Shown: positions 36,721-49,779 of the stretch, in pieces
Position numbering within the stretch: the first letter of the stretch is position 1
Layout: each line of letters opens with the position of its first letter
Assembly (NCBI GenBank): GCA_028534125.1
Contig: CM052817.1
Coordinates: 87,050,001-87,114,000, forward strand
Direction: 5' to 3'
Length of the DNA: 64,000 nucleotides
DNA from: Lama glama
Taxonomy: Eukaryota
Notes under the pieces: generated by a model
The model's database searches: none
What the model saw: only the letters and a program-made list of their open reading frames with translations
What the model was told of the DNA's origin: nothing
Position numbers and translations under genes: made by a program

Positions 36721-39700
36721 AAAAACAAATGCAACAAAACACATTGCTAATCAACATTACATTTTAATATAGTATATCAATTAATACAGAATAAGCTAAA
36801 ATATCTAATATTATTTATGAATCAAAAATAAAATTTCAGAGCTATATATCTAAAACAAAGCTAAAAATCTAAACCTTAAAATCACAGAATACAGGAAGTT
36901 TGACCTTGTTTTGACTCTGTGTGTCTATATAAAAAAAAATCATTTCTTATCATTGTATTACAAACTGTCATCTTTTAAGAAGGTGCCTTATTTAAAATTA
37001 CTTAAAGCATACACACATATTCTCATAGGAATGGAATGACAATTTTCTGTAAAAGACAACATCAGTGTGAATCTAAGAATAATTTTAAGAGAAAGATAAG
37101 GCTTAAAATAAATTTTTGATACACCAGAAATATTTTAATAGTTTACATCCCAATATCAAAGCAGTTAGACATTGACTTATTTTACTACTTTCAGGGAGGA
37201 GGCATTTCCTTTCTAGAGCACGATGTTTGATGTCTGATATATCATTCTTGTGAACTATCAGGTTTACTGTTGTAACATTTACAAATCTTACATTCTGACC
37301 TTATAAGCTAACTTAGATTTTTGTCGAGAGGCCTATAGAATAAATGTTAAGTATGGGTTTATGCAAATATACACAGTAGTTGGCAAATCAAATGTTAAAA
37401 CGATGCTTTGAAGGCAGAAAAAGACGAAATTAAAGAAATATTATAAAAATTAATCAAACTTATATGGTTCAATATATTTAGTTTTGTTATTTTTTTCTGG
37501 GATAATCTGTGAATTATCATCATGTGAATAAACATAGATAACTAATTAATATCTGTAAAGTCAATACATCACAATACTTGATTTTATTGTTTGTGCTCAG
37601 ATTTTAAATGAAGAAAGTCTATCCTTCAATAACCACGTTACCTTCTGTTTTATGTTTAAAGAAATAAAGCAATGAGGTAATATTTCAGAATATTAACTTC
37701 CTTGCACTAATTCAGTACATCAAGCAAATATCAAAGCTAAGGACAATTTTCACAGCAACATTCTACATTGGAACTTGGAAGAGGGATAATGTTCAGAAAA
37801 TTGTATGTACTTTCTCATCATCAGTTTCACAGAAAAAAAGTTTAATACTGATAAAATGGAAGAAATACATATCAAAGAGAAAAACAAAATCTTTTGCTAT
37901 TTTTTGCATTCCTAAATACATTTTGATATTATGAGTATAAGCAATTATGTAGTGATACCAATAAAAGTATTTCAAACTTTTGAAACTTTTGGTGCCCAAA
38001 GAAAGTTTCATTTATTCCCTTTAAATGTTCATCTGAGTTTTTTCAGTTGAAAATCCATTGATAGTTGGATATTTTATTACAGGGCAACTCCAAACAGGAG
38101 AAAAAGGAAGAGGACATTTGACTGTATTGGAGGTATATTTTAGATATGCTGAAATGAAATTCCTCATATGTCATTGGTGCCACCTCCTCTGAAAAACTTA
38201 TATTCCAATTTTTAAAAAGGTGTAATGGCTTTTACTGACTAACTTGAATTTTTATTTTATCATAATGGAAGCTAACACCCACAATATCACCAACAGTAAT
38301 ATGGGAACATCACTATCTTAATATGTGAACATCAGTGTTTTTCTCATCAGAGGGATACCAGAGTAGCAGACATGCTTCAGTGGAATAAAGGTAAAGTATC
38401 AAGACAAAGAGTAGTTTATTCTATGAATTAGGGGCTAGAGGCTTCTATCTGAGCTCAAAATGAACCTTCAATTCTTGGCAGACAATCTGGTGGGAAAACA
38501 ATTTTACACAGAAAGTAGTATTATTTGCTAGATTCCTGATTTTTCCATGTATGAGAGTAATAGACCTTTCTCTTATAATATGCTGACAGTATATATAATC
38601 TGGTAATATTTCATTTCCTTCATAACTAAATTGAGCAACAGAATATCCTACACTGAAAAAATAGAATTATTCCGATCTTTTGTTAAGTAGTTTAATGGTA
38701 CTAAAATTGAATTAATTTAAAAAATGCATTTGCTTTCCAGTACTGAAAAGTATGGGAGAAAGCTGCTTTCTGTAAAAGAAAAGCCATTACTCTTAAATTA
38801 TTTTTATTTTGTCAACTACTATCTATAGCTAATTTTTCCAACAGTTCTTAACTCTGAGAAAAACTAGTCACTGTTTGAATTAAGAATGCTGATGAATGCT
38901 CTCAACAGCAGTGCAAGTTAATAAGTCATTTCTTGCTGAAGTAGACCATGTAAGGCTTAAAATCTTGTCTTTTGGATGATACATTATCATAAGGTCATAT
39001 TCACCCTTTTAAAAGATTGATGATGCTACTCTGGAAGACACTAGTGGAGTTAGGTTTAGTTTTATAGCCAAACATCCTGATGTGACTTTCACCCAATCAA
39101 ACACAGACACATAGAGAAATGACTTAGAAATGATATAATAGAAAGACATTTCAAATTTGTGACCTAAAACAGTCACTGCAATGCTACTTGTACCATATTT
39201 CATGTAAAGGAGTTATATGTAAAACCAGTTGGCTCTCCAAAAATCATAAATGTATCAAGGATATAATATTCTGATCTATGTTATTCAATTAAGCTTAGCA
39301 AGGACTACCTTTCCATTCTCATGACAAAGTAAATCAAGCAAATGGTTTGTAGGAGTGCCTGCTCGGTCAGTCTCCTGGTACAAGTTTATCTGAATCTTTG
39401 TTAGGTTTAGAGAGCTCCTTTAGTTGAAAATGTACCTTTCATAATCATGAACTAATCAACACCCTTCTCATTGCTATAATTTTAAGTTTTGAAAGAGGTT
39501 ATCTAGAAAATAAATAAATATCACTTTTAATAATCATGATAGACATTCTACTATGCAGAGGTATTAATAAATGAAAAGGCAGAGATAACATTTTACTATT
39601 AAAATAGCTCACCTTTTCTGCAACTTTAATATATTCTTTTTCTTCTTGCCATGATTGAAGTTGGCAGTATTAAGACCAATTGTGCATAGGGCCAGTTGAA

Positions 39701-40189
39701 TTAGTGACAAGAGGCAATTAGATTTGACCAGATCAACTGAGAATTCTCATAGATTTTTGTCAGTTTATAATAGTGAATAAACCTGTGTGAGCATTCAAAG
39801 GAAAATGTTGACATAAGAAAAATATTTGCATTTTAATATGCTGGAAATTCCGAATGATATTATTCAAGCCTTGTTTCATCTTTTATATTTCTTTCTGCAT
39901 GGGAGACTGAAAAAGTTTCACAAATGAAAAATGCTTGTTTGTGTATCATGGAAATGGGAACTAGTGATTTCAGACTCTGCTATGGCACTGACGTGCTGTT
40001 GGCTGGCCTGACCCTGTAGAATTTATTTTATAAATGTGAAAATAAATTGATGGAGAAACACAAATACTGTAAATTTATGAACTGTTTTTTTTCATGTACC
40101 TCCCAAATTCCACAGCTTTTTATACATGAAGGGAACACTAGAGTATTTTTCTAATATAAATTTTTGAATGAGCAGATTGTAAAAAGTTC

Positions 40190-40885
40190 TTGATGCCTCT
40201 TATTTTTTTTTCTCAAACTCTGTGCCTAACCCATCAGCTAGTTCTGTTCTACTTTTAAAATATATCTCAGACAAAACTGTTACACTACCTTCACCATTAC
40301 CATCAAGTCAAAGCCACCACCAACTCTTGCCAGGACAGACACCTCGATGCTCACCAACTGGTATTCTGGCTGTTTCCCAACCTCAACCTTTAAATGAAAA
40401 CAGAATTATGTCACCCTTCAACGGCACTTTTAGATTAGGATTCAAAGTTCTTACTCTGTCCTGTGAATTCTATAAACTGAATCCTGGGTCACTTAGGTTT
40501 TCCTTCTTACCAATTTCCCTTTCTGCTCCTTTGATTTTGGGTACACCTGCCCCCTCTATGTTTCACAAACACATCAAGTACACTCCTGCATCCAGGCCTT
40601 CACACTTCCTGCCCCCTTTGCCTGCTTCCTTCTTCATACTGTTTTTGGCTCAATCACCATCTCTCCTCAAAGACTTCCTGGACCTATTACCTAAGACGTC
40701 AATCCCCATCACTGTTTTTTAAGCTGTACATGATATCCCTCTATGTGTATATATTTATTTATCTGCTAATTTTCTGTCTTCTCCTTGACAATTGGAGTAT
40801 TTTTATTCTTTTGTTTCTCCAGAATACAGACAATGTCTGGCACACAGTGAATTCTCATTAAAAGTTGGTGGACTGAGTGAACATG
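40190..40885 (+). mobile_element. L2a-like LINE 3' end
   Basis: ctatgtttcacaaacacatcaagtacactcctgcatccaggccttcacactt…tctggcacacagtgaattctcattaaaagttggtggactgagtgaa. Confidence 0.8.
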
Positions 40886-42869
40886 ATTGACCAAGATGAG
40901 AAATGGCTCAAAGACTCCTGAAAATCGAAATATATCAAATAATATTGTGAATCATTTAAGTAGGGGTGAGCTTTCTAAGAGTATAAATCAGTAATAATTC
41001 AGAACATTATAGGGACTTCAATTTTGATAGTATCTTGTTATTCATGCAAAATTTGAGCACAAAAATTTTTTAGCGAATGTGTTTAACTCTGAATTAAAAA
41101 GGTGCTTTCACAAAACTATGGACTGCCACGTTTTTTTAAACATGGTGAACTCAACATTATTCTGTTATACATTAGTACAACATTAGTATTTTTAATTATT
41201 TAATCCTTATAATCCATCGGTTAAGGGTTATATATTATTTCTTGTAGGTATGCAATGTGAAAATAAGTTGACTCACTAGTGTCTTATACCTGTCGGAATT
41301 CTGTAAGAATAAATACATGTAATTAAAAACAAATACCTAAGAAATTGTGGCCAAAATGCAAATTAAATAAACAGAAGTGTAAAAACAGTGTTACTATACA
41401 TAATTATTAGATAACTCATTTCATATAATAAACTAATCTGCTTATTTTAATATACATATTTCCTAGAAAAATAAAAGTAAAAATCTTATCAACTACTAAT
41501 TAAATAACATTTTTCTTTAGAGATTTTATGCATATTTTTGGACAAAATTACCCCCAAAATTCTTTACATTTTTATAAAAAATTCAACATATGCTGAAAAA
41601 CTAAAAGAAGAAAGTTCACTTGATTGCTATACAGCTGTTTCATTATACATAAAACATTTACTATCTTGAATAAAGAATTCGTATTCTATTGTTTTATGTA
41701 ATACACTTAGGATAATCCTTGAATATTCATTTTATGCATATATAGCAACAGTTTCCAAATAATTTCATGAAAATCTAAACACTTGTGTTCCTTTAGTACT
41801 CTGAACACAGATTTTTAAAAGTTGAGGGTAAGAATTATTTGTAATCTCTAATTAGCACACACAATTAAACAAATATTGAAACTGCAGTTTTATACTAGAA
41901 TACTGGTTGGTTCAAAATTGATCTGAAAGGCAAATCTAATCTGAGTAGCAGATTTTAAATGATCTGCAGTTCTGCTGCACTGCAAAGAATTATGAACACA
42001 TTACACACTAAAGTCAAGAAATAAATAACTGATTACCACCAACTATGTTTTTGGAATGCCTGCTGAACCCGAAACATTGTGGGGAGTTATCAAAGAAGTT
42101 ACTAATTCTCAGGAAAATTTAATATTTCTTTTATATATTTTCTACATTTTCTTCATAATGTAGATGTAAATTTAAAAATCTTTTCTGGGTTATATTTTTA
42201 AATTTGAAATTAAATTTTATTTTTACATATAAAGTATCTCAGACTTAGTGATCATGTACATGGGCAGTGCTGAGAATGCATAATGACTATTTTTAATCAG
42301 AATTTGAGATGCAGTTATTCAAGTAACTGTGTTAATGTGATAGATTTGGAGGTTCCCTATCTATTGCTTTTCCACTACAGTGTTTGAACAGCCCATTTTT
42401 TTACATGCCCAGAATGGAGAAATTTATCTTAAATTACTTACCTATTGGCCAGCTATGGAATCAGGGGTTTTTGATAAATTTGACTTATTGCCAGTTACTA
42501 ATTATTAAACAATTTAGGTAATATTAATACAAGTTTAATTCTATGGACTGTATATATTTGGATTTTCCAAGTTAGACAATAAAACAATGGACATAAGGGG
42601 ACATTGTCTATTGACTGCAGAGAGTCTCACCATCACATTTAACTTTAATAAATTTCCATGAATAGTAGAAATTAATGTTACATCCACTTGTAATCAGCAA
42701 ATAAAGGACCAGTCAAGATTATAATTAATACACATGTAAAAATCCAGGGATTTTAATTCTCATTACAAAATTGGTGGGAAAAACAAATACTTCTTATGAA
42801 AAGAAGTTTTCCATTTTCTGCTTACCAGTTTACTCAATGGACACCATTTAAAATGATGTTTAAAAATGT

Positions 42870-42976
42870 ATCTCTGTATAGTGACGAATAGAAACTAAAG
42901 TTTTGGTGATAAGCACTCCATGGTGTATACAGAAGCAGATACATAATGTTATAAACCAATGTTACCTCAATAAAAG
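42870..42976 (+). mobile_element. Short L1 (L1MA9-like) 3' end
   Basis: gtatagtgacg…gtgtatacagaag…ataatgttataaaccaatgttacctcaataaaa. Confidence 0.7.
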
Positions 42977-43369
42977 TTCCCATATAAGGAAAACTTGAAA
43001 CAATGAAACACAATTTTTTCAATTTGTATTCTGCTCAATTCAGAGTCAACTGCCTAAATGCATTTAGATTCAACAATAAAAAGCACAATATTACCTTGTT
43101 CATAAAAGGAATCCTTCTCAAACTCTGAAATAAATGTATGAAGCATCAGAGGCACAGAGTCAGTATCAGAATTACTGGAATATTTACTCAGAGTAAATGG
43201 AAAGTCTTGTAAAATATGATACATATTCAAAATATGATATGTCTATAACTATAAACTCCTGTAGACATTCCTCCTTAAAATATTTATATTTATATATTAT
43301 CCTTATCTTATTTAGAACTTCAGAAAAATTTTGTTCATCTATAATCAAATAATCATTGTGTCTATATGA

Positions 43370-43830
43370 CCCAAGATCTGTGTGCGGCACTATAGAGTCA
43401 ATGATTTAATCAAACATCCATGCCCTCTGACAGCAAGGAACTTTTTAATGAAAAAAAAAAAAGACAACTGACCTTTAAAAAGGCATAATTACAAAGGTTA
43501 CGAATTATCCGTTATGAAACAAAACTTAGGATATTATAAAACATTTCAATAGCAGACCTAATTTTATATGGAGTCAGGAAAGGCATTTTCAAAGAAGTAA
43601 CATTTAATATAAAACAAAGCTTTGGTGGAATGGTTGGCCAGAGGCATTAGCAGGGAAGAGGATATATGAAAGTTCTGAGTGTGGCAGGAGAGGGGAGGCA
43701 GAAAAAGAGAAAGATCTTATAAAAAAGAGCCAGGTCAGTGAGACTGCAGTTACACACTAAGATAAACAGGAAGAAGGACATGAGATGAAGTTGAAGAAGT
43801 TAAAAAGGTCAGGTGATGCAAAGTTTGGCA
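43370..43830 (-). mobile_element. L2 fragment
   Basis: gagtcaggaaaggcattttcaaagaagtaacattt…gagatgaagttgaagaag. Confidence 0.6.
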
Positions 43831-44013
43831 GCTGAGACTGCTCCGATGTGGGAGTATCCAGTAAATCTAATTTAAACAGGGATACAGTTTCACTGTGATT
43901 GATATGAAGATGCTTACATGCTTTAGGTGGACCACAGATTTGGTTATGAGCTTTCAGGCCATCAATTCACTTAGTAATGACTGATTTGTTATAAAATTTA
44001 CCTAATAAGTGAA

Positions 44014-44046
44014 TAGATGATAGATAGATAGATAGACAGACAGATA
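44014..44046. repeat. (GATA)n/(GACA)n microsatellite
   Basis: Directly visible. Confidence 0.85.
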
Positions 44047-44207
44047 AATGAAGTAAAACCAAACTGCTTTTTCAGGTGTATGACCAACAAATTAAGATCT
44101 AGCAGGATTGAACAGGAGTTTCTCCTGTAATATCCAGAGGGTTAGAAGAGATAGATTTTGGAATAGAAAAGTAACAAAAACTACACCTTCATACCTACAG
44201 CCTGGGG

Positions 44208-44236
44208 TGTGTGTGTGTGTGTGTGTGAGAGAGAGA
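44208..44236. repeat. (GT)n(GA)n microsatellite
   Basis: Directly visible. Confidence 0.92.
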
Positions 44237-45404
44237 AATTGATAATATCCTTTAATCTTTTATCATATAGTCACACAAACAGTAAAAAGATTTAATAGGA
44301 TATTCAGCTAATGTTTTATTACTCACTGTTAAGAGAACTCTGAATATCAGGAGAAGGATTTAAGGCTGAACTGTATTTTGAATGTGAAAAATGCTATGTG
44401 CCTGTCAAGTACGAAGTAACATGAACGATATTAAACATACCACCTGTAGACTTTAAGAGATTTCCTTTTGCAAGATTAACTTGATTAACTCATCAATAAG
44501 TTATAAGGAGAGTTAACTAGATTATTTTTAAGGAACAAGGAGATAGACACTTTAGAATCAATACATGTAATTGAAACTGCTACATGTTATAGTCATTAGT
44601 TTCATAGTTTAATAGATGATGAGAACTTCTACTGGAACCAAATCGAATGTGCCTGTTAGTAACAATGAGTAATAATGAAGTGCAAGGCTATGTAACAGAA
44701 GCAAATGAAACAAATGAGGTGTAAAGTAAAATAATAGAAGAACATGACAAGTTAAATTTTTTTTTTGCTGTGCAATGTTCTTAGAATAGAGTACATCATA
44801 AACAAAAAATTCACTTTTATATCTGCTAATTTCATGGACAGAAACATAATGGATAGATCAGATAATCTGTGTTGCTGAAATTTTTTTCTGAAACACCAAA
44901 CTCTACAGCCTTCATATAGACAGCATTTGATTAATAATATTTGACATAATTAGGACAGTTACAAATCATTTTAAGCTGAATATTTGTTGCAACTCTCTTC
45001 TATATCTCCTCTCTCCATGTGATAGACAGGTTATTTACACAATATCCTACTAAAAAATGTAAAGCTCTTCCTCAAAATATGACTGAATTTTACATTTCTA
45101 AACTGTTATTGATATATTTAAAACAACCTTATTTAAGTAAATTAATAATAGTTATAATAAAAGTTCAAACAAACCAATAGAGCTAAAAAATAGAATCAGC
45201 AAAGATTTTAGAGACACTAAATGCAACAGCAGAAGCTGGTATCCAAAAAAATAGGGCTAATAAAGCAAACAGGTAAGATTTTAATAGTAATGTAAAAAAT
45301 ATGACTATAAGTAGTGGAAATGGCATCTATCTATTAAACAGAGATGAATAGTCTGAAAAAAATCATCTCTGTTCTTTTAAAGCTAAAATATAATCCTCTT
45401 ACCC

Positions 45405-45408
45405 ATAC

Positions 45409-45442
<34 letters not shown>
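45405..45442. repeat. (TA)n microsatellite
   Basis: Directly visible. Confidence 0.92.
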
Positions 45443-45654
45443 CTAAGTTAAGAAGAAAAAGAGACTCCAATTAAGGTCAAATTTATGAGCTGAAAGATGG
45501 AGTCAAGTTATTTTCCTAGGACAAAGAATTAAAGGACAAACAGATAAGAGGTAGAAATGACAAATTAAGAGGAATAGTGGAAATATCCAGCAGTTCCAAT
45601 ATTTATTGATCCAACAGGAGTTCCGGATGAAAATATAGTCAAATCAGAGATGAT

Positions 45655-46335
45655 ATTCATCAGCCAGCTCACAAATATTTAAGTGCCTACTTTCTTCCAG
45701 TCAATAAATTATGCACTGGTGACACAATGGTAACAAGGGAGATCTCTTCCATAGGGGAACAGACTGGGAATCAACACAGAAAAAAAAATTAGATAATTTC
45801 AAGTACATACAAGTATTAAATTAGAAGATGAAAAGCATAATGTGATAGAGAATGATAGTGTTTGGTTGGGTGTGACTGAGATTATAGAAGATGGTCAATA
45901 TTGTGAATGACATCTGAGTTAAAAAAAATATGGGAGGAGGGTTGCCATCCTAGAATGGCATCTAGAGTGGAATCTAGAGTGGATTAGATCAGCAAGTATG
46001 AGAAGCTCTGGAAAATGAATGAGGTTGGCATGTTTGAGAGAACGAGAAACTCCGGGCAGGGCAGGCAGGGTGTCAGAGAATGGGATAAAGTCAGAAATGA
46101 TGGGCTGTGTCTTGTCAAGTGGGAACTTTTGTCCAGTCTGACAAGAGTTAGGATTTCATTTGAGTTGTAATGAGAAGACTTAGAAAGATTTTGGTTTTAT
46201 GCTTTAAAAAGATTACATTCTGCTTTAAAAGAATTGTTTCCACTGGTAGGTGGAGATGCTGTTATAGCTTTAAGGGGGCAAAACTGAAGAGATCAGTTAG
46301 ATGGCCTTTGACTAGTCCAGGTAGGAGACAAATGG
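45655..46335 (-). mobile_element. L2 LINE 3' region
   Basis: attcatcagccagctcacaaatatttaagtgcctact…ttggcatgtttgagagaac…gctttaaaaagattacattctgct. Confidence 0.75.
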
Positions 46336-49201
46336 TGGCTGACAGGTCCAAGGCTGGAAGCAACTTGCCTGTGGACCATGTGGAAATGGTTTCCTGAAGC
46401 CTAGGATATTCTCAGCTTTTCACACCTATCACCTCGGCGGCAAGTGTGTGAAGATGTGCCACTCCTTGGATAGTCTTAGTCAATTGATCATCAGGTGTCA
46501 CTAATGGTTTGGATGACATAGACTCTATTTTAGCTTGCATTTGCAAATAACTCTAAATTAAAGACTCCAAATTAGCTTACAAGTTTTTCTAGGGCATGTC
46601 TATAGATATTGGTCTGAATTTTACACAGCAAAATATACTAGTGAAAATGTAAATTAGACAATTTCCTCATTTAATTTTTGCTCAGAAATACAAGTTAGAA
46701 AATACAAAATGAAACTTGGCATATGGCATGGCACATTAATCAGCAGCTAAATATTTTTAAATGGAAAATTTTATGGCTATTACCCAAGCAATTCAGAGAT
46801 TTCTATTTCTACCATAAAATGATTTCTTTGGATATGTCTACATCATGAACAACTTTAGATTAATAAAAATTTATAATTTTGGTCAGTGTCTTATTTGTCA
46901 TGAAAATGAACAAGAAAATTCACTGAATTTTGTATAAAAGATTAATACATTGTACTACTTTAAAATATCATTATTAAAGAAACTGAGAAAATATGCATTT
47001 TTTGGAGCCCATGCATGACCAGTAGCTAATTTTTCAAGTTTATTATGTCAGGGTTGTGATTTCTGGATTTCAAAAGCAATTAGATTGAATTAAATGTTTG
47101 CTGAATTGCATTAAATTGGGACAAAAGTTTCTAAAGAATTTCTTGGAGACCAAAGAAACAAGGAGAAATTGAACTGATCAGTTGGTGTGGACAATGCTCC
47201 TAAGGATGAGGGTTAAAATTTTAGTACAAAATGACCCTTTATTTCTGAATTACCCAAATATAGGACTAAGATTAGGGAATATCCTATTTCTCTCCTCTTT
47301 TTGGATAAAACTGACAAGTATGCCTTTGTTTAGGGATTTATTAGCTACAGTGCAGGCTAATATACTCTAAAGAGTCTAAGATACAGTGATCCAAATGTCA
47401 CAAAAATGTATTTTGCTATCAGTTAGTGTTCAGAGGGTAGCAGGCCACTGCTGGGGAGCTAACTGACTTTCTCAATATGTGGCTTTAGTTTTGGGAACCA
47501 ATGGACTCAATACCTTTTTCTATCTTGCATATTTTTGCATGTCTGTTTCATTTAAAAAAACCCATTTAAATTGATTCCCACCATCTGTCCATATATTTTA
47601 AAGATGACATTGTAGGCTGAACAGACCAGTTCTAAGATTAATAAAAAAATTAAGCATTCATCAGTTAAATAATCTATAGTGCTATACATTGCAGGGAGAA
47701 TGTTCACTTTCACAAATAGGTGAAAATTTCCCCAATCATCACTGATAAATACTGCTTTTATCTAATCAAACTTTAGTATCTGAACATTTCTGCGTAACAC
47801 TTGTAAGTGGCTAACTATATTTATACTGCCCATAGGTATCTGTATTAAAATGTTATAAAACAATACATCCCCCTTGTAAACAGATGTAATACAAACATTA
47901 TAATTAACCAGTAAAATTCCAATTTGCTTAACTTCCAATGCAGAGTTAAATTCTCTTAAAATGTCATATATATATTTATTCCAGTTGTTTATACAGCTAT
48001 AAACATACATATATTCTCCATTTACTTTTATTTTGTAGAATAAATATATTCTTTTTAAATAATAATGAAAAAAACCCAGAAATGAATGGATGGCTAGTTA
48101 TTTTTCATGTTTTTCTTCTTCCTGCAGCCCTGATTCTAAAGTTCTCCTCAGAGAACTTCACAAATAACAGCTTTGTATGTATGCTACTTATATTTTCATA
48201 TGCCTTAAAGTATATTTTTAATTATATATTTATAAGCCATCGAGTACTCTTTTGTGATTTCCTACAATTGAAATCATAGTCTCATATTTTTATGAAAACG
48301 TTTTTAAAATTTAAGGTGCCTTGGATGCCTTTTATTTCTGTACATATAATTTCATTTATTTTTAATTAGTTGTAGAGAAAGTCTTAAGACTAACAATTGC
48401 ACATAGTAAAGAAAAATTACGAATCTATGTAAGACCTACACAATATATAACAACCTTCTCTTTTACCATGACTAACAGCGTTTTGTGTATCTCCAGTAGA
48501 AGATGGCATTATATTACATTTTAACTTGATATTTGTTTTAGTGAATAATATACTGTGATATGCTTCTCATTCTTTTTAAGACTGATTACATACATTATTA
48601 ACAAGAAATAACATTCTTGAAACAATCCACTATTCATGGAACTGTGTACTGTTTCAAATTTTCTGTAATTTCAAATGGTGCTTTAATGACTATGCTTCTA
48701 TATAGCTAACCATATCTTAAACGTATTTTATGTGCACTTTTGGGTGCAATATCACAGAATTTTTTGGATAGATGATATTTCGAGATAGGAAAATCCAAAT
48801 CTTCCTTTATAGATAAAGAGACTCTGGTTTTCCAATGCCATATAGTAATTTCACTACCACCATTAAAAGCATGTTTTTCTTGAAATTATTTCTGTGTCTT
48901 TCTGCTACATATGGAGAACAAAGCACATTTATTAGTGGGATATAAACTTGGGACCCCTAATGATCCAATATCCTGCCAAATTTTCCCTTTTTTCCCTAGT
49001 AGAACAGACTTAGGTCTGCAGATTTTTTTCCCCTAAGTTCTCCAGTTCTGAAACTACAAACTCCCTATAGTGTACCCTCATCAGTCCTTATCCTCCTCTT
49101 ACACAGATTTCTTGATAGCGTTTATCACCTTAAATTAGTTTTTTGTTAGTTATTTATTTTCCTTCACTTAGAATACAAGCATCATGAAGAAAATGTTCGC
49201 C

Positions 49202-49660
49202 TTTTTCTTTTTTCTGTTCAGAAGCAAAGGAAAGTTTTATTCTCTGATCAGAGAAAGGAGAGGTGTGAGCTCGAGCTCCAGCCTACCTGCTCTCCGTGAC
49301 TGGCCCCGGCCTGGGTTGCTTCACTGGGATCTTGTCCGCGGGAGGAGGCTGAGTTCTCGCGAGACCCATGCAGCTGTGCCGCTCCCGCTCTGGATTGTGC
49401 TGACATGCGCAGTGTCACTGCTCTCAGCCCGCCGCCGCCACCTTCAAGTGAGGTGCTGTGCACAGCACTTCTGCACAAGGTCCCGGAGTTGAGGTGTTGG
49501 TGCATCCAGTGCATCCGTTTTGCACTAGGAAGTATGATCTGAAGGGCCCGGGATAAGACTTCTACACGCGGCATCTGTGAGCAAGTGAAACTAAACTCTT
49601 TACCTACAATTGGTCTCCAGTCACATAGCCTCCTTCCTGCTCCAAGATTGATCAGGTAAA
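49202..49660 (-). pseudogene. Young retroposed copy of an unidentified CpG-rich, probably non-coding transcript
   Basis: Minus-strand AATAAA (49236-49241) about 20 nt before an A-rich tail (49202-49213). Roughly 18 CpGs in 49270-49575 against a CpG-poor background. Right boundary uncertain (49660, or 49759 if ttcgccttttt is the TSD). Confidence 0.7.
49355..49411. promoter_or_regulatory. CpG-island promoter motifs: CGCG element (BANP-type) and NRF1-like site
   Basis: TCTCGCGAGA at 49355-49364; TGACATGCGCA at 49401-49411 (NRF1 consensus TGCGCATGCGCA). Activity is not shown. Confidence 0.55.
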
Positions 49661-49779
49661 TTCTGTTGTTTCTCTTTTATGCGAGGTATAGCTTTAGCAC
49701 TTAGAATGATGCCTAACTCATAGCAGGCATTCACATATTATTTGTTGAACAAATCTTTTTTCGCCTTTTTTGCTGATAC

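Larger units (their letters stand above)
49040..49755 (+). mobile_element. L2 3' end, apparently split by the CpG-rich insertion
   Basis: Left piece cacttagaatacaagcatcatgaag; right piece agcacttagaatgatgcctaactcatagcaggcattcacatattatttgttgaacaaat. Confidence 0.6.

Noticed and set aside
37199..37261. Possible small exon after ttttactactttcag
   Set aside because: Weak donor site and no recognisable peptide; such signals are common by chance.
40222..40722. Longest ORF in the track (166 aa)
   Set aside because: Lies wholly within a decayed L2 element; the P/S/L-rich composition reflects pyrimidine bias and I recognise no protein.
49184..49574. Overlapping 102-aa (+) and 108-aa (-) ORFs
   Set aside because: Expected in GC-rich sequence with few stop codons; both cross the inferred junction and resemble no protein I know.
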